64,000 nt of DNA from an uncultured Gemmatimonadaceae bacterium (lineage in GTDB: Bacteria; Gemmatimonadota; Gemmatimonadetes; Gemmatimonadales; Gemmatimonadaceae). The translations under genes and the position numbers were made by a program. Of the stretch, positions 29,874 through 39,764 are shown in pieces; positions within the stretch are counted from its first letter, which is position 1, and every line of letters starts with the position of its first letter. Location of the stretch: positions 640,001 through 704,000 of the forward strand of contig CAWBOC010000009.1 of assembly GCA_963790305.1 (NCBI GenBank), read 5' to 3'. Below the pieces are notes generated by a model. That model had not been told where the DNA came from and ran no database searches. It saw only the letters and a program-made list of their open reading frames with translations.

Positions 29874-30263
29874 ATGCTTCCCTTCGCCGTCCCCCCCATT
29901 CGCTTTCCCTTTCGCGCGCTCGCGGCGCGCGTGGGGCGCGCGCCGCTCGGCGGAGAGCGCGAGGTTGCGATGGCGGCGCTCATGGTCGCGCGGCTGTCGT
30001 GTGACGCGCTGGGCGTCGGGGCAGCCGACGTGAAGCAACGTGAGGTGCGTGCAACCGCCGCCAAAGGCTGGCTCGCGTCGCTCGCGGTGCCGGCGCGCGC
30101 GCGGCCAGCGCTCTCCCGCGCGCTCAATGCGACCGCTCGCGATCGTGGGGCCATCACCGCGGCGATGGAAGAGCTGCTGAAGGTGGCCGCCCCCTGGCTC
30201 GATGACACGAGCCTCGCCGAGCTGCGTGCCGTAACCGCTGCGCCATTCGTCAATTCCCGATGA
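29874..30263 (+). CDS. Hypothetical protein translationally coupled to the DnaB-like gene
   Basis: ATG 29874; ATGA overlap at 30260-30263; helical Ala-rich sequence. Confidence 0.6.
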   Translation: MLPFAVPPIRFPFRALAARVGRAPLGGEREVAMAALMVARLSCDALGVGAADVKQREVRATAAKGWLASLAVPARARPALSRALNATARDRGAITAAMEELLKVAAPWLDDTSLAELRAVTAAPFVNSR

Positions 30264-31108
30264 CTCGCATCACCGATCTTTCGCCTCTCGGGCGCGTCAT
30301 GCGGCGCGTGGACGCCATCTCCAATGGCGCCCCTCCCGTGGACACGATCGCGACGGGATTCCCGAGCCTCGACCGCGCGCTTGGCGGCGGTCTGCGGCGC
30401 GGGGACCTCGTGCTGATCGGTGGCGACATCGGCGTTGGAAAGTCGGCGCTCGCACTGGCGATCGCGGTGCGCGCCGCCCAGAACGGGCATGCGTCGACGT
30501 TCTTCACCGGCGAAGCGAGCACGGAGCGGGTGATCGAGCGCGCGCTCGCGCTCGAGGGACGGGCTCGCATCGACGACATCCGTGGCGGAACGCTGGATGA
30601 GGCAACGCGCGCCTCGCTCGGCGCCGCGGCCGTTCGCCTGCGCGAGCGCATGCCCGATGTGTACGGGTTGCCGGGCGCGGGCGTGGACGCGCTCGCGCTC
30701 GAGCTCCGCTCCATCGCCGACGCGGCACTCGTCGTCGTCGATCCCCTCCAGTCACTCGCGGTCGGCTCGACCATACAGGATGAACAGTTCGCGCACGCCA
30801 TTCGCGAGCTCAAGCGGGCGGCGGTCGAGCTCAACATCGCGGTCATGCTGACGGCGCACACGCCCCATCTCGACCCGACGCGCCCCAACCCTCGCCCGAC
30901 CCTCGCCGACCTGGGCGCACTCGGCGCGCCGGGACAGCACGGCGACATCGTGCTCGGACTCTTCCGCGAGGAGCTCTACCCCGCCCTTCAGGGCGCCGAG
31001 GGAGCCACGGAGCTCTCGGTTCTGAAGAATCGGAACGGGCCGAGCGGGATGTACGTGGATCTGTACTTCTACAAGCAGTGGCTCAGGTTCGAGGATATGG
31101 CTGAGTAA
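30260..31108 (+). CDS. DnaB-like helicase, C-terminal RecA-fold domain only
   Basis: IATGFPSLDRALGGGLRRGDLVLIGG, Walker A GVGKS, RPTLADL and VLKNRNGP; only 282 aa, with no DnaB N-terminal domain. Confidence 0.8.
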   Translation: MTRITDLSPLGRVMRRVDAISNGAPPVDTIATGFPSLDRALGGGLRRGDLVLIGGDIGVGKSALALAIAVRAAQNGHASTFFTGEASTERVIERALALEGRARIDDIRGGTLDEATRASLGAAAVRLRERMPDVYGLPGAGVDALALELRSIADAALVVVDPLQSLAVGSTIQDEQFAHAIRELKRAAVELNIAVMLTAHTPHLDPTRPNPRPTLADLGALGAPGQHGDIVLGLFREELYPALQGAEGATELSVLKNRNGPSGMYVDLYFYKQWLRFEDMAE

Positions 31109-31111
31109 GGC

Positions 31112-31215
31112 AACGCGGAATGCGGAATGCGGATTAGACCCTTCGGGATGCTTCGAACGCCGGTAGAAGCATCCCGACGTCGTTTATGCGCAGTCCGCAG
31201 TCCGCATTCCGCATT
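31112..31215. repeat. GCGGAAT-heptamer palindrome with an internal 12-bp hairpin
   Basis: gcggaatgcggaatgcgga ... tccgcagtccgcattccgca; inner tcgggatgcttc / gaagcatcccga. Confidence 0.85.
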
Positions 31216-31255
31216 ATATTTCCCCACCCGCCCGAGACCTTCTCTCCGGACCCCC

Positions 31256-31999
31256 ATGGCCGGTCACAGTAAGTGGAAGCAAATCAAGCACTACAAGGCC
31301 GCCGCCGACGCCAAGCGCGGGGCCCTGTTCACCAAGCTCATCCGTGAGATAACGGTCTCCGCCAAGGCCGGGGGCGGCGATCCGGATGGTAATCCGCGGC
31401 TGCGCACGGCCATCGAGGCGGCGCGGGCAGCATCGATGCCCAAGGACAACATCGAGCGCGCGATCAAGAAGGGTACGGGCGAGCTCGAGGGCGTCAGCTA
31501 CTCGGAGATCACCTACGAAGGCTTCGGCCCCGGTGGCGTCGCGATCCTCGTGCACACGCTCACCGACAACCCCACGCGGACCGTGGCCGATCTTCGGCAC
31601 AAGTTCTCGAGGCTTGGCGGCAACCTGGGCGCGTCGAACTCGGTCGCGTGGATGTTCGAGCGGAAGGGGCAGATCTACGTCGATGCGGCGCGCTTCAGCG
31701 AAGACGCCGCGCTCGAAGCGGCCCTGGATGCGGGCGCTGAGGACATGAAGCGAGAGGGGGATCAGTTCATCGTCACGACCGACCCCTCGGCACTGCATCA
31801 GGTGAAAGGCTCCCTCGAGGCGAAGGGCATCGCGATTCAGGAGTCCGAGATCGCGAACATCCCGAAGAACACCGTCCGCGTCGAAGGAAAGACCGCCGAG
31901 CAGCTGCTCAAGCTTCTGGAAGAAGTCGAGGATCTCGACGACGTCCAGAAGGTGGCGGCGAACTTCGACATGGATGTGAGTGAGATGGCGGGGACATGA
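31256..31999 (+). CDS. yebC: YebC/PmpR family protein
   Basis: MAGHSKW, NPRLR, YEGFGPGG and TDNPTRT. Confidence 0.95.
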   Translation: MAGHSKWKQIKHYKAAADAKRGALFTKLIREITVSAKAGGGDPDGNPRLRTAIEAARAASMPKDNIERAIKKGTGELEGVSYSEITYEGFGPGGVAILVHTLTDNPTRTVADLRHKFSRLGGNLGASNSVAWMFERKGQIYVDAARFSEDAALEAALDAGAEDMKREGDQFIVTTDPSALHQVKGSLEAKGIAIQESEIANIPKNTVRVEGKTAEQLLKLLEEVEDLDDVQKVAANFDMDVSEMAGT

Positions 32000-32102
32000 A
32001 GCGGAATGCGGAATGCGGAATACGGAACGACGAACGCCGCTGGATCCGGGCGGTGCGTCAGCCGTCAGTGCCGTTCCATCCGCATTCCGCATTCCGCATT
32101 CG
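32000..32102. repeat. GCGGAAT-heptamer palindrome between yebC and ruvC
   Basis: gcggaatgcggaatgcggaatacggaa ... atccgcattccgcattccgcattc. Confidence 0.85.
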
Positions 32103-32108
32103 CTCTTC

Positions 32109-32657
32109 GTGCTCGTCCTAGGCATCGACCCCGGAACCGCGCTCACCGGCTATGGTGCCGTGCGCGGCGAGCCGTTCGGGGCGCTCGCGCTCGTGGAGTG
32201 CGGTGTCATTCGCACCAGCGCGCGGGACCGGCTGCCGGTGCGGCTGCGGGAGATCTACGAGGACGTGCGCGCGCTCATCGAGCGGCTTCGCCCGGATGCT
32301 CTCGCGGTCGAGGATGTGTTCTACTCGCGCAACGTGCGCACGACCGTCGTTCTCGGACATGCTCGCGGCGTGATCCTGCTCGCCGGGGAGCAGGCGAACC
32401 TTCCCGTGCACGAGTATCCACCGGCGGAGATCAAGAAGGCGGTCGTTGGAACGGGTGCGGCCACGAAGGAGCAGGTGCAGTTCATGGTGACGCGACTGCT
32501 GCGACTGCGTACGACACCATCGCCGAGCGACGCCGCCGACGCCGCCGCTGTCGCCCTTGCGCACATCATGTCGGCGCGCGTGCCTCGGCTCGGCGACATT
32601 GAACGCGCAGCGACGCTGACACTGGGCGTGCGGTCGGTACGGGGGCGGAAAGTGTGA
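32109..32657 (+). CDS. ruvC: Holliday junction resolvase
   Basis: VLGIDPG, AVEDVF, GHARGV, IKKAVVGTG and DAADA. Confidence 0.95.
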   Translation: MLVLGIDPGTALTGYGAVRGEPFGALALVECGVIRTSARDRLPVRLREIYEDVRALIERLRPDALAVEDVFYSRNVRTTVVLGHARGVILLAGEQANLPVHEYPPAEIKKAVVGTGAATKEQVQFMVTRLLRLRTTPSPSDAADAAAVALAHIMSARVPRLGDIERAATLTLGVRSVRGRKV

Positions 32658-33253
32658 TCGCGCATGTCCGCGGGCGGCTGGTCGCGAAGGATCTCGACCG
32701 GGTCGAGATCATGACACAGGGCGGAACCGGGTACGAGCTCTCGGTTCCGCTGTCGGTATTCGAGATGCTGCCGAAGGTCGGCGAGGACACATCGCTGCAC
32801 ACCCACCTCGTGGTTCGCGAGGACGGATGGCAGCTCTTCGGCTTCGCGACTGTGGTCGAGAAGCGCGTGTTTCAGCGCCTTCTGACAGCGTCCGGTATCG
32901 GGCCTGCATTGGCGCTAGGCATGCTGTCCACGCTGTCCGCGGACAGGCTCGTTCGCGCCATTCGTGAAAAGGACGTGGCGACGCTCCAGGGCGTCCCCCG
33001 GGTAGGGCGGAAGAAGGCCGAGCGCCTGATTCTGGACCTGGCTGACAAGCTGGACGACGTGCAGGGCGAGGTCGGGGGGATTGCACGCCCCGACGGCGCG
33101 GGCGCGGACGATGCGATGCGTGCACTGGTGTCGCTCGGCTATGCCTCGGCCGATGCGGAAAAGGCCGTCCGGAGTGCGCTCGACGAAGGGGGCCGGGGGA
33201 TGTCCGCTCCCGAGCTCATTCGCCGCGCGCTGTCAAAGGTCAGCAGTCGGTAA
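32654..33253 (+). CDS. ruvA: Holliday junction branch migration protein
   Basis: HLVVRED..LFGF, SGIGP, VPRVGRKKAERLILDL and ALVSLGY. Confidence 0.95.
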   Translation: MIAHVRGRLVAKDLDRVEIMTQGGTGYELSVPLSVFEMLPKVGEDTSLHTHLVVREDGWQLFGFATVVEKRVFQRLLTASGIGPALALGMLSTLSADRLVRAIREKDVATLQGVPRVGRKKAERLILDLADKLDDVQGEVGGIARPDGAGADDAMRALVSLGYASADAEKAVRSALDEGGRGMSAPELIRRALSKVSSR

Positions 33254-33302
33254 GGAAAAAGGGTCGCTTCAACGATCGACGCATTCTAGCCGTATCATCT
33301 CG

Positions 33303-34700
33303 ATGATTCTTCCGCTCGTAATTCTCAGCCTGGCAGTCGTTCAGCAGGATACCCTGCGCCTTTCGCTGCCCGAGGCCGTGACGCTCGCGCTGCGAGACGC
33401 CGACGAGGTGAAGCGGGCCAACGCCGACGTCGCGATCACCGAAGCTCAGGTGACGACCTCGCGAGCCGGCGCACTTCCCCAGCTTCGACTCGCCGGCACG
33501 TACAATCACGTTCTGGCGAATGCGCGGGCGCGCGCCGTCAACCAGGTCTTCAACCAGCCGAACACGTACAACGTCAACGCGAACTTCTCGCAGACGCTGT
33601 TTCAGGGCGGTCGCGAATTCGCATCGTGGCGAGCGGCGCGCCGGGTTCGTGAGGCATCGCGCCTGACGGCCGGCGAGACGCGTGCGGAAGTGGCGGTTGG
33701 AGTTCTACGTGCCTACCTGGCTGCGTCCCTCGCGGAACGGTTCGAGCACATTCGCGGCGAGAACCTGATTCTCGCCAGCCAGCGGGTCACGCAATCCGAG
33801 CAGCTGTTCACGGCGGGACGCGTTGCGCGCTACGACGTGCTGCGCTCGCGCGTCGAGCGGGCCAACCTGGAGCCGCTGGTCATTCAGGCACAGAACGACC
33901 GGGAGATTGCACTCCTCGAGCTGCGGCGACTGCTGAACCTTTCCGCGGAAGCGCCCATCCGCCTGACGACGACGATCGACTCGAGCACGGTTCCGCTCAT
34001 CATGACTGCGGTCGCACAGAGCGATGACGACGGGAGCGATCGCGCATCGGTCCGTGCCGCGGAGCTGACGGTGCGCGCTCGCCGCGATGCGATCTCGATC
34101 GCGCGCGCGGACTGGCTACCGACGATATCGGTGTTCTTCCAGACGGGCGTGCAAGCATTTCCGCTGAGCGGGTTCCCTCCCGGCCGCGGCGAGACGGATC
34201 CGCGCTTTTGTCCCTCAGGGTCGCCCGCTGATCGTTCCTGTCAGAACGGCGGCTGGTTCGGCGATCGCACAGTAGGGGTCAACTTCTCCTGGCCGTTGTT
34301 CGACGGCTTGCGGGCCAAGGGAGCGATGGACCTCGCTCGTGCGCAGCTCGAGGTTGCCGAGATCGCGCTCGCGCAGGAGCGTGAGGCGGTAGCGCTCGAG
34401 GTCGCCCGCGCGCGCGCCGAGATGAACCGTTCGCGCTCGGTGTTCGCGGCGCGGCGTCAGACGGTCACCGAAGCCGACGAGACGTTCCGACTCGCCTCGC
34501 TGCGCTATTCTCGCGGTATCGGCACGTCGCTCGAAGTTTCCGACTCGCAGCTTCAGCTGCTCATCTCACAAACCGACGAGGCACAGAGCGCTGTCGACCT
34601 GTACCTCGCCGCCGCGGAGCTGGCGCGCGCACTGGGGCGTCCCATTCCTCTCCCGGGCGGCACAGCCATTTCGCCTCAGACTACCGCTAATGCACCATAG
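33303..34700 (+). CDS. TolC family outer-membrane efflux protein
   Basis: Signal peptide; LSLPEAVTLAL; two OEP-like repeats; upstream of MFP and RND genes. Confidence 0.88.
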   Translation: MILPLVILSLAVVQQDTLRLSLPEAVTLALRDADEVKRANADVAITEAQVTTSRAGALPQLRLAGTYNHVLANARARAVNQVFNQPNTYNVNANFSQTLFQGGREFASWRAARRVREASRLTAGETRAEVAVGVLRAYLAASLAERFEHIRGENLILASQRVTQSEQLFTAGRVARYDVLRSRVERANLEPLVIQAQNDREIALLELRRLLNLSAEAPIRLTTTIDSSTVPLIMTAVAQSDDDGSDRASVRAAELTVRARRDAISIARADWLPTISVFFQTGVQAFPLSGFPPGRGETDPRFCPSGSPADRSCQNGGWFGDRTVGVNFSWPLFDGLRAKGAMDLARAQLEVAEIALAQEREAVALEVARARAEMNRSRSVFAARRQTVTEADETFRLASLRYSRGIGTSLEVSDSQLQLLISQTDEAQSAVDLYLAAAELARALGRPIPLPGGTAISPQTTANAP

Positions 34701-35850
34701 ATCGGTTGCACGCGCCCTCTGCCTCATTGCCGTGGCGGCAACCGCCGCCTGCGGCGATGGGAAGGAGGACCAGGCTCAAGCGGCCCAAGGGCCTAACGGT
34801 GGCGGCGGCCCCGGTGGCCCCGGAGGCGCCGGCCGACCATTGGTGTCGCTGGCCTCGGAAGACGTCGCCACGGCGAAGCGGGCGCCCATCGAGGAAAGCG
34901 TTCCGCTCACCGGTGACTTGCGTCCCATCGAGACGATCGACGTCCGCGCCCGCATCGAGGGCGACCTCACCGCCGTCTACGTTCGCGAAGGCTCTCACGT
35001 CCGCGAGGGACAGCTCCTGGCGCAGTTCGAGGCGGCCGATCAGGAAAGCTCCAGACAGAGCGCGATCGCGTCACGCGTTGCCGCGCAGTCTGCGCTCTCC
35101 ACCGCGGAATGGAATCTCGAGCAGGGCCGCGAGCTCCTGAAGGCAGGCGCCGTTCCGGAACGTGACGTGCGCGCCGCCGAGCAGGCGGTCGCGGCGGCAC
35201 GCGCGCAGGTCGCGGCGGCCGAGTCGCAGGTGCGCGCGGCGTCGACGGAGTCGCGAGACACGCGAGTACTGGCGCCAACGACGGGCGTGCTCGAGCGTCG
35301 CTTCGTTGAAAGCGGCGAGCACGTCGCACGCGGCGCGCAGCTCTTCACACTCGTGCGAACGGATGCGCTCGAGCTTGCGGCCACCATCCCCGCTCGGTAC
35401 GCGAGCAACGTGCGCACGGGACTGCTCACGCGCTTCAACGCCGACGGCCGCACGATCGAAGGACGCGTCGTCCGAGTGAGCCCGACGATCGATCCGGCGA
35501 CGCGGTCCATCACCGTCTACGTGCAGGTCGCGAATCCCTCCGGCACGCTCAAGGGCGGCACGTTCGTCTCGGGGCGCGTCGTGGGTCGCTCCATTCCACA
35601 GGCACTCGTCATTCCCGGCGCGGCAATCCGCCAGTCCGAGAGCGGCAGCCCGTACGTGTACACCATCGAGGGAGAGACCGTGGCGCAAAAAGAGGTGCAG
35701 ATCGGTGTCGTCGATGACGCGACCGGCATCGTCGAGATCACATCGGGTCTCGAGGAAGGTGATCGCGTGATCGTCGGCAACGTCGGCACGCTCGGCCGCG
35801 GCATGCAGGTCCGCGTCGTCGACCGCGACGACCGGCCCGCTGTGCGTTAG
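34690..35850 (+). CDS. RND efflux periplasmic adaptor (MFP) lipoprotein
   Basis: Lipobox TAAC; VREGSHVREGQLL; APTTG; IDPATRS; GLEEGDRVI. Confidence 0.92.
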   Translation: MHHRSVARALCLIAVAATAACGDGKEDQAQAAQGPNGGGGPGGPGGAGRPLVSLASEDVATAKRAPIEESVPLTGDLRPIETIDVRARIEGDLTAVYVREGSHVREGQLLAQFEAADQESSRQSAIASRVAAQSALSTAEWNLEQGRELLKAGAVPERDVRAAEQAVAAARAQVAAAESQVRAASTESRDTRVLAPTTGVLERRFVESGEHVARGAQLFTLVRTDALELAATIPARYASNVRTGLLTRFNADGRTIEGRVVRVSPTIDPATRSITVYVQVANPSGTLKGGTFVSGRVVGRSIPQALVIPGAAIRQSESGSPYVYTIEGETVAQKEVQIGVVDDATGIVEITSGLEEGDRVIVGNVGTLGRGMQVRVVDRDDRPAVR

Positions 35851-35862
35851 GCGGAGGACGCA

Positions 35863-38800
35863 ATGTTTCTTTCAGACGTCTCCATCAAGCGACCCGTCTT
35901 CGCGACCATGCTCATGGTCGCGCTCGTCGTGCTTGGGGTCGTGTCGTATCAGCGGTTGGCGATCGATGAATACCCGGACGTCACCTATCCGGTGGTCGTC
36001 GTCCAGACCAGCTATCCCGGCGCCTCCCCCGAGGTGATGGAGCGCGAGGTCTCGCGCCCCATCGAGGAAGCGCTGAACACCGTGCAGGGCCTGTACGAGG
36101 TCACGTCGACGTCGTTCGAGGGGAGCTCGCTCGTGCGCGTGCAGCTCAACCTCGGGATCAACGTGATGGAGGCGCAACAGGACGTGCAGGCGAAGGTGGC
36201 GCGCATTCGGCGAGCCCTGCCTCGCGACATCGATGATCCGGTCATCGTCCGCTTCGATCCCAACGAGCGGCCGATCATGTCGATCGCCATCCAGAGTCCT
36301 GACAGACCGCTCCGGGAGCTGACGGACATCGCCGAGGAGATCATCGCGCCCCGGCTGGAAGCGATCCCGGGCGTTGGGGGCGTGAACCGCGTGGGCGGTG
36401 TGGAGCGGCAGATTCGCGTGCAGCTCGATCACGCGGCGATGCGCTCGTACGCGATCAGTCCCGTCCAGGTATCGGCAGCGCTGGAGCGCGAGAACCAGGA
36501 GGTTCCGGCCGGACGCGTGACATCGGGCCAAACGGAGCGACTCGTGCGCGTGACGGGACGCGTCGTCGAGCCGGCGTCGTTCAGCAACATCGTCGTCGCG
36601 GTGCGCGACAACGTGCCGATTCGGCTGTCCGATGTCGCCACAGTCGTCGACGGAACGGCCGACCAGCGGAGTGCCGCGCGTTACAACGGTGATCCGGCCG
36701 TCGCGCTCGACCTGCTCAAGATCTCGGGCGCAAACACGGTGAACGTGGCCGACGCGGTCCGCCTCGTCGTCGACGAGCTCGGCAAGCAGATGCCGCCGGA
36801 CATCAAGCTGGCGGTGATTCGGGACGATTCGCGGCGTATCCGCGAGGCGCTCAGCGACGTGCAGCTCACGATTCTCCTGGGCGCCGTGCTCACCATCGCG
36901 ATCATCTACCTGTTCCTGAACTCGTGGCGGTCGACGGTCATCACCGGGCTCACGCTGCCGGTGAGCATCATCTCGGCCTTCTTCATCATGTGGGTGTTCG
37001 GATTCACCGTGAACACCATGACGCTGCTCGCGCTGTCGCTCGCGATCGGGCTGCTGATCGACGACGCGATCGTGGTCCGCGAGAACATCGTCAGGCACAT
37101 CGAGATGGGGAAGGATCACTACCGCGCCGCGCGGGAGGGCACGAGCGAGATCGGTCTCGCCGTCACATCGACGACGCTGGCGGTCGTCGCGGTGTTCATT
37201 CCGGTCGCGTTCATGGGTGGGATGATCGGCAAGATCTTCCTCCAGTTCGGCGTCACGGTCGCGTTCGCGGTGCTCGTGTCGTTGTTCGTCTCCTTCACGC
37301 TCGACCCGATGTTGTCGAGCGTATGGGCGGATCCTGAAGTCGAGCATGGAGCGCAGGCCACCGGCGACGAGGCGAAGTCCAGACGGAAGCTCGGTCGATT
37401 CTCGATTCGACGGATCGCGTTCGCCTTCAACGATCGTTTCGAGCGCCTCGCCGATCGCTATCCGAAGTGGCTCGAGTGGGCGCTGCGACGCCGTGGTACC
37501 GTCATGGCGATCGCGGCGGCCTCGATCGTGGCCGCCTTCATGATTCTGCCGAGGCTCGGGTTCACCTGGATGCCCGAGGCCGATGTCGGGGAGTTCTCGG
37601 TGGGCTTCCGCGCGCCACCTGGATCGCGTCTCGAGTACACGCTCGATCGGGGAACGCGGCTCAGCTCCATGGTGCGCGAGAATCCCGCGGTGGATTTCAC
37701 CTATCTCAACATCGGTGGCGGCTTCCGGGGCTCGCCGAACAGCGGGTCAGTGTTCGTGAAGCTCAAGCCGCGTGAAGAGCGCGATCAGCACATGTCCGAG
37801 ATTCAGAGCTCACTGCGGGAACGGCTTCGCGAGATTCCGGGGATTCGGGCAAACGTGCAGGGTACCCGTTCGATCTTCGGCGGCTTCCGCAATCCGATCG
37901 CGGTGAACGTGCAGGGACCGGAGCCGTCGCGTCTCAAGCTGCTCGCGGCGCAGGTGCTCGAGAAGATGCGGGCCGTGCCGGGTGTGGCCGAGCCGCAGTC
38001 GAGCGACGAGGGGGACATTCCGCAGCTGGACGTGCAGGTCGATCGCCAGCAGGCGTGGGCCGCGGGGCTGGGTATTGGCAGCATTGCCGCGACGCTCCAG
38101 CCGCTGTTCACGGGACAGCGCGCGACGCAGTGGGAAGACGAGCTCGGCTACTCGCACGACGTGGTCGTCGTGTATCCGGACTCGATGCGCGCATCGGTGG
38201 AGGACGTCGCCACCATTCCCGTGCTCAGCAACAACATCGATCCGCGGACGGGACAGCAGGCGGTCATTCCGCTGGTGCAGGTCGCGGAGGTGAAAGCGGG
38301 CATCGGTCCACAGCAGATCGAGCGCAGCTCGCTTCAGCGCCAGATCTCGATCTCGTCAGGCGTACTGCCGGGCGCCAACGTCGGTGATGTCGCGAACGCG
38401 GTAAAGGCCTCGATCGACTCGATCGGATTCCCGCCGGGATATCGCACGGTGTTCGGGGGCGACGTGCAGAATCTCAACGAGACGAAGGGATACGTCCTCG
38501 AGGCGATCCTGCTCGCCGTCATCTTCATCTACCTCATTCTGGCGTCGCTGTTCGGATCGTTCGTGCAGCCGCTCTCGATCATGCTCGCGCTCCCGCTGTC
38601 GTTCATCGGGGTCGCGCTCGCCCTGCTCATCACCGGCGGCTCGATGAACGTGATGACGATGGTCGGTATCATCATGTTGATGGGACTGGTGACGAAGAAC
38701 GGCATTCTGCTCGTCGACTTCACCAACCTGATGCGCAGCCAGGGTCGCGAACGGCGTGAGGCCTTGCTGCAAGCCGCTCGCATTCGGTTGCGCCCAATCA

Positions 38801-39054
38801 TCATGACGACGGCGGCGATGATCTTCGGCATGCTTCCGCTCGCACTGGCCATTGGAGAGGGCGCCGAGGAGCGCGCGCCAATGGCGCGGGCGGTGATCGG
38901 TGGCCTGATCACGTCGACGCTGCTGACGCTGCTCGTCGTGCCAGTGATGTACACCCTGCTGGACGACTTCGCGGGCTGGGTGAAGAGCCGGCGGCGGGTG
39001 CCCGTGGAAGGCGGGTTGCACGGGAGAGAGCCGGAGCCGGCGATCGGGGACTGA
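35863..39054 (+). CDS. RND efflux permease (AcrB/AcrD/AcrF family)
   Basis: 1063 aa; GLLIDDAIVVRENI, KNGILLVD and RLRPIIMT. Confidence 0.96.
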   Translation: MFLSDVSIKRPVFATMLMVALVVLGVVSYQRLAIDEYPDVTYPVVVVQTSYPGASPEVMEREVSRPIEEALNTVQGLYEVTSTSFEGSSLVRVQLNLGINVMEAQQDVQAKVARIRRALPRDIDDPVIVRFDPNERPIMSIAIQSPDRPLRELTDIAEEIIAPRLEAIPGVGGVNRVGGVERQIRVQLDHAAMRSYAISPVQVSAALERENQEVPAGRVTSGQTERLVRVTGRVVEPASFSNIVVAVRDNVPIRLSDVATVVDGTADQRSAARYNGDPAVALDLLKISGANTVNVADAVRLVVDELGKQMPPDIKLAVIRDDSRRIREALSDVQLTILLGAVLTIAIIYLFLNSWRSTVITGLTLPVSIISAFFIMWVFGFTVNTMTLLALSLAIGLLIDDAIVVRENIVRHIEMGKDHYRAAREGTSEIGLAVTSTTLAVVAVFIPVAFMGGMIGKIFLQFGVTVAFAVLVSLFVSFTLDPMLSSVWADPEVEHGAQATGDEAKSRRKLGRFSIRRIAFAFNDRFERLADRYPKWLEWALRRRGTVMAIAAASIVAAFMILPRLGFTWMPEADVGEFSVGFRAPPGSRLEYTLDRGTRLSSMVRENPAVDFTYLNIGGGFRGSPNSGSVFVKLKPREERDQHMSEIQSSLRERLREIPGIRANVQGTRSIFGGFRNPIAVNVQGPEPSRLKLLAAQVLEKMRAVPGVAEPQSSDEGDIPQLDVQVDRQQAWAAGLGIGSIAATLQPLFTGQRATQWEDELGYSHDVVVVYPDSMRASVEDVATIPVLSNNIDPRTGQQAVIPLVQVAEVKAGIGPQQIERSSLQRQISISSGVLPGANVGDVANAVKASIDSIGFPPGYRTVFGGDVQNLNETKGYVLEAILLAVIFIYLILASLFGSFVQPLSIMLALPLSFIGVALALLITGGSMNVMTMVGIIMLMGLVTKNGILLVDFTNLMRSQGRERREALLQAARIRLRPIIMTTAAMIFGMLPLALAIGEGAEERAPMARAVIGGLITSTLLTLLVVPVMYTLLDDFAGWVKSRRRVPVEGGLHGREPEPAIGD

Positions 39055-39087
39055 TCGCGGGTTCTCGATCTACGCCGCGAGCCGACG

Positions 39088-39186
39088 GCAATAACCACAG
39101 AGGCACAGAGGGCACAGAGAACGGCCAACTGCAAGACGTCTGCAGTTGGAGGTTCTCTGTGCCCTCTGTGCCTCTGTGGTTACTGC
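39088..39186. repeat. Near-perfect ~35-bp inverted repeat of CACAGAG units with a nested hairpin
   Basis: aaccacagaggcacagagggcacagagaac / gttctctgtgccctctgtgcctctgtggtt; inner ccaactgca / tgcagttgg. Confidence 0.88.
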
Positions 39187-39271
39187 AGTCAGGCTCGTGA
39201 CGGTAGAACTAGTTCTTGATCTTGAGACTTCCGCGCCGCACGTTCTCCCGATGAAATTCGCCGGGACTTCC

Positions 39272-39764
39272 ATGCACAAACTCGTCGTCCTCTCCGTCCT
39301 CTCCGTTCTCGCCGCCTGCTCCGCGTCCTCCTCGGGAGGAACCCCCTACGCGGACACGATGTCGACGCGTCGAGCTGCGCGAGTCGGTCATGCAGGCTGA
39401 CCGCGACTTCAACACCGATTTCGCAACCCGCCGCGTCGACGGGTGGGTGTCGTGGTTCGACACCTCAGGGGTGCAGGTCACTTCCGAGGGCGCCGTGCCG
39501 AAAGGGCACGACGCGATTCGCGCGTACATGGCGAAGAGCTTCCCCGACAGCGCGCAGATTCTCGCCTGGCGACCGGTGTCGGTCGAGGTCTCCGCCGACG
39601 GCAGCATGGCATACACCATCGGCACCTGGGACTTTCACAGGCGCGGACGGGATTCGGCTGGCTCGGCCGCGACCGGGCACTACCTCACGGTGTGGCGTCG
39701 TCAGGCGGACAATTCGTGGAAGGTGCTGGCGGACATCGGCAACACCCACCCCAGGAAGCCGTGA
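39272..39764 (+). CDS. NTF2/SnoaL-like (DUF4440) lipoprotein; frameshift near 39360-39390
   Basis: LAAC lipobox in one frame; KGHDAIR, DGSMAYTIG and YLTVWRRQADNSWK in another. Confidence 0.7.
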
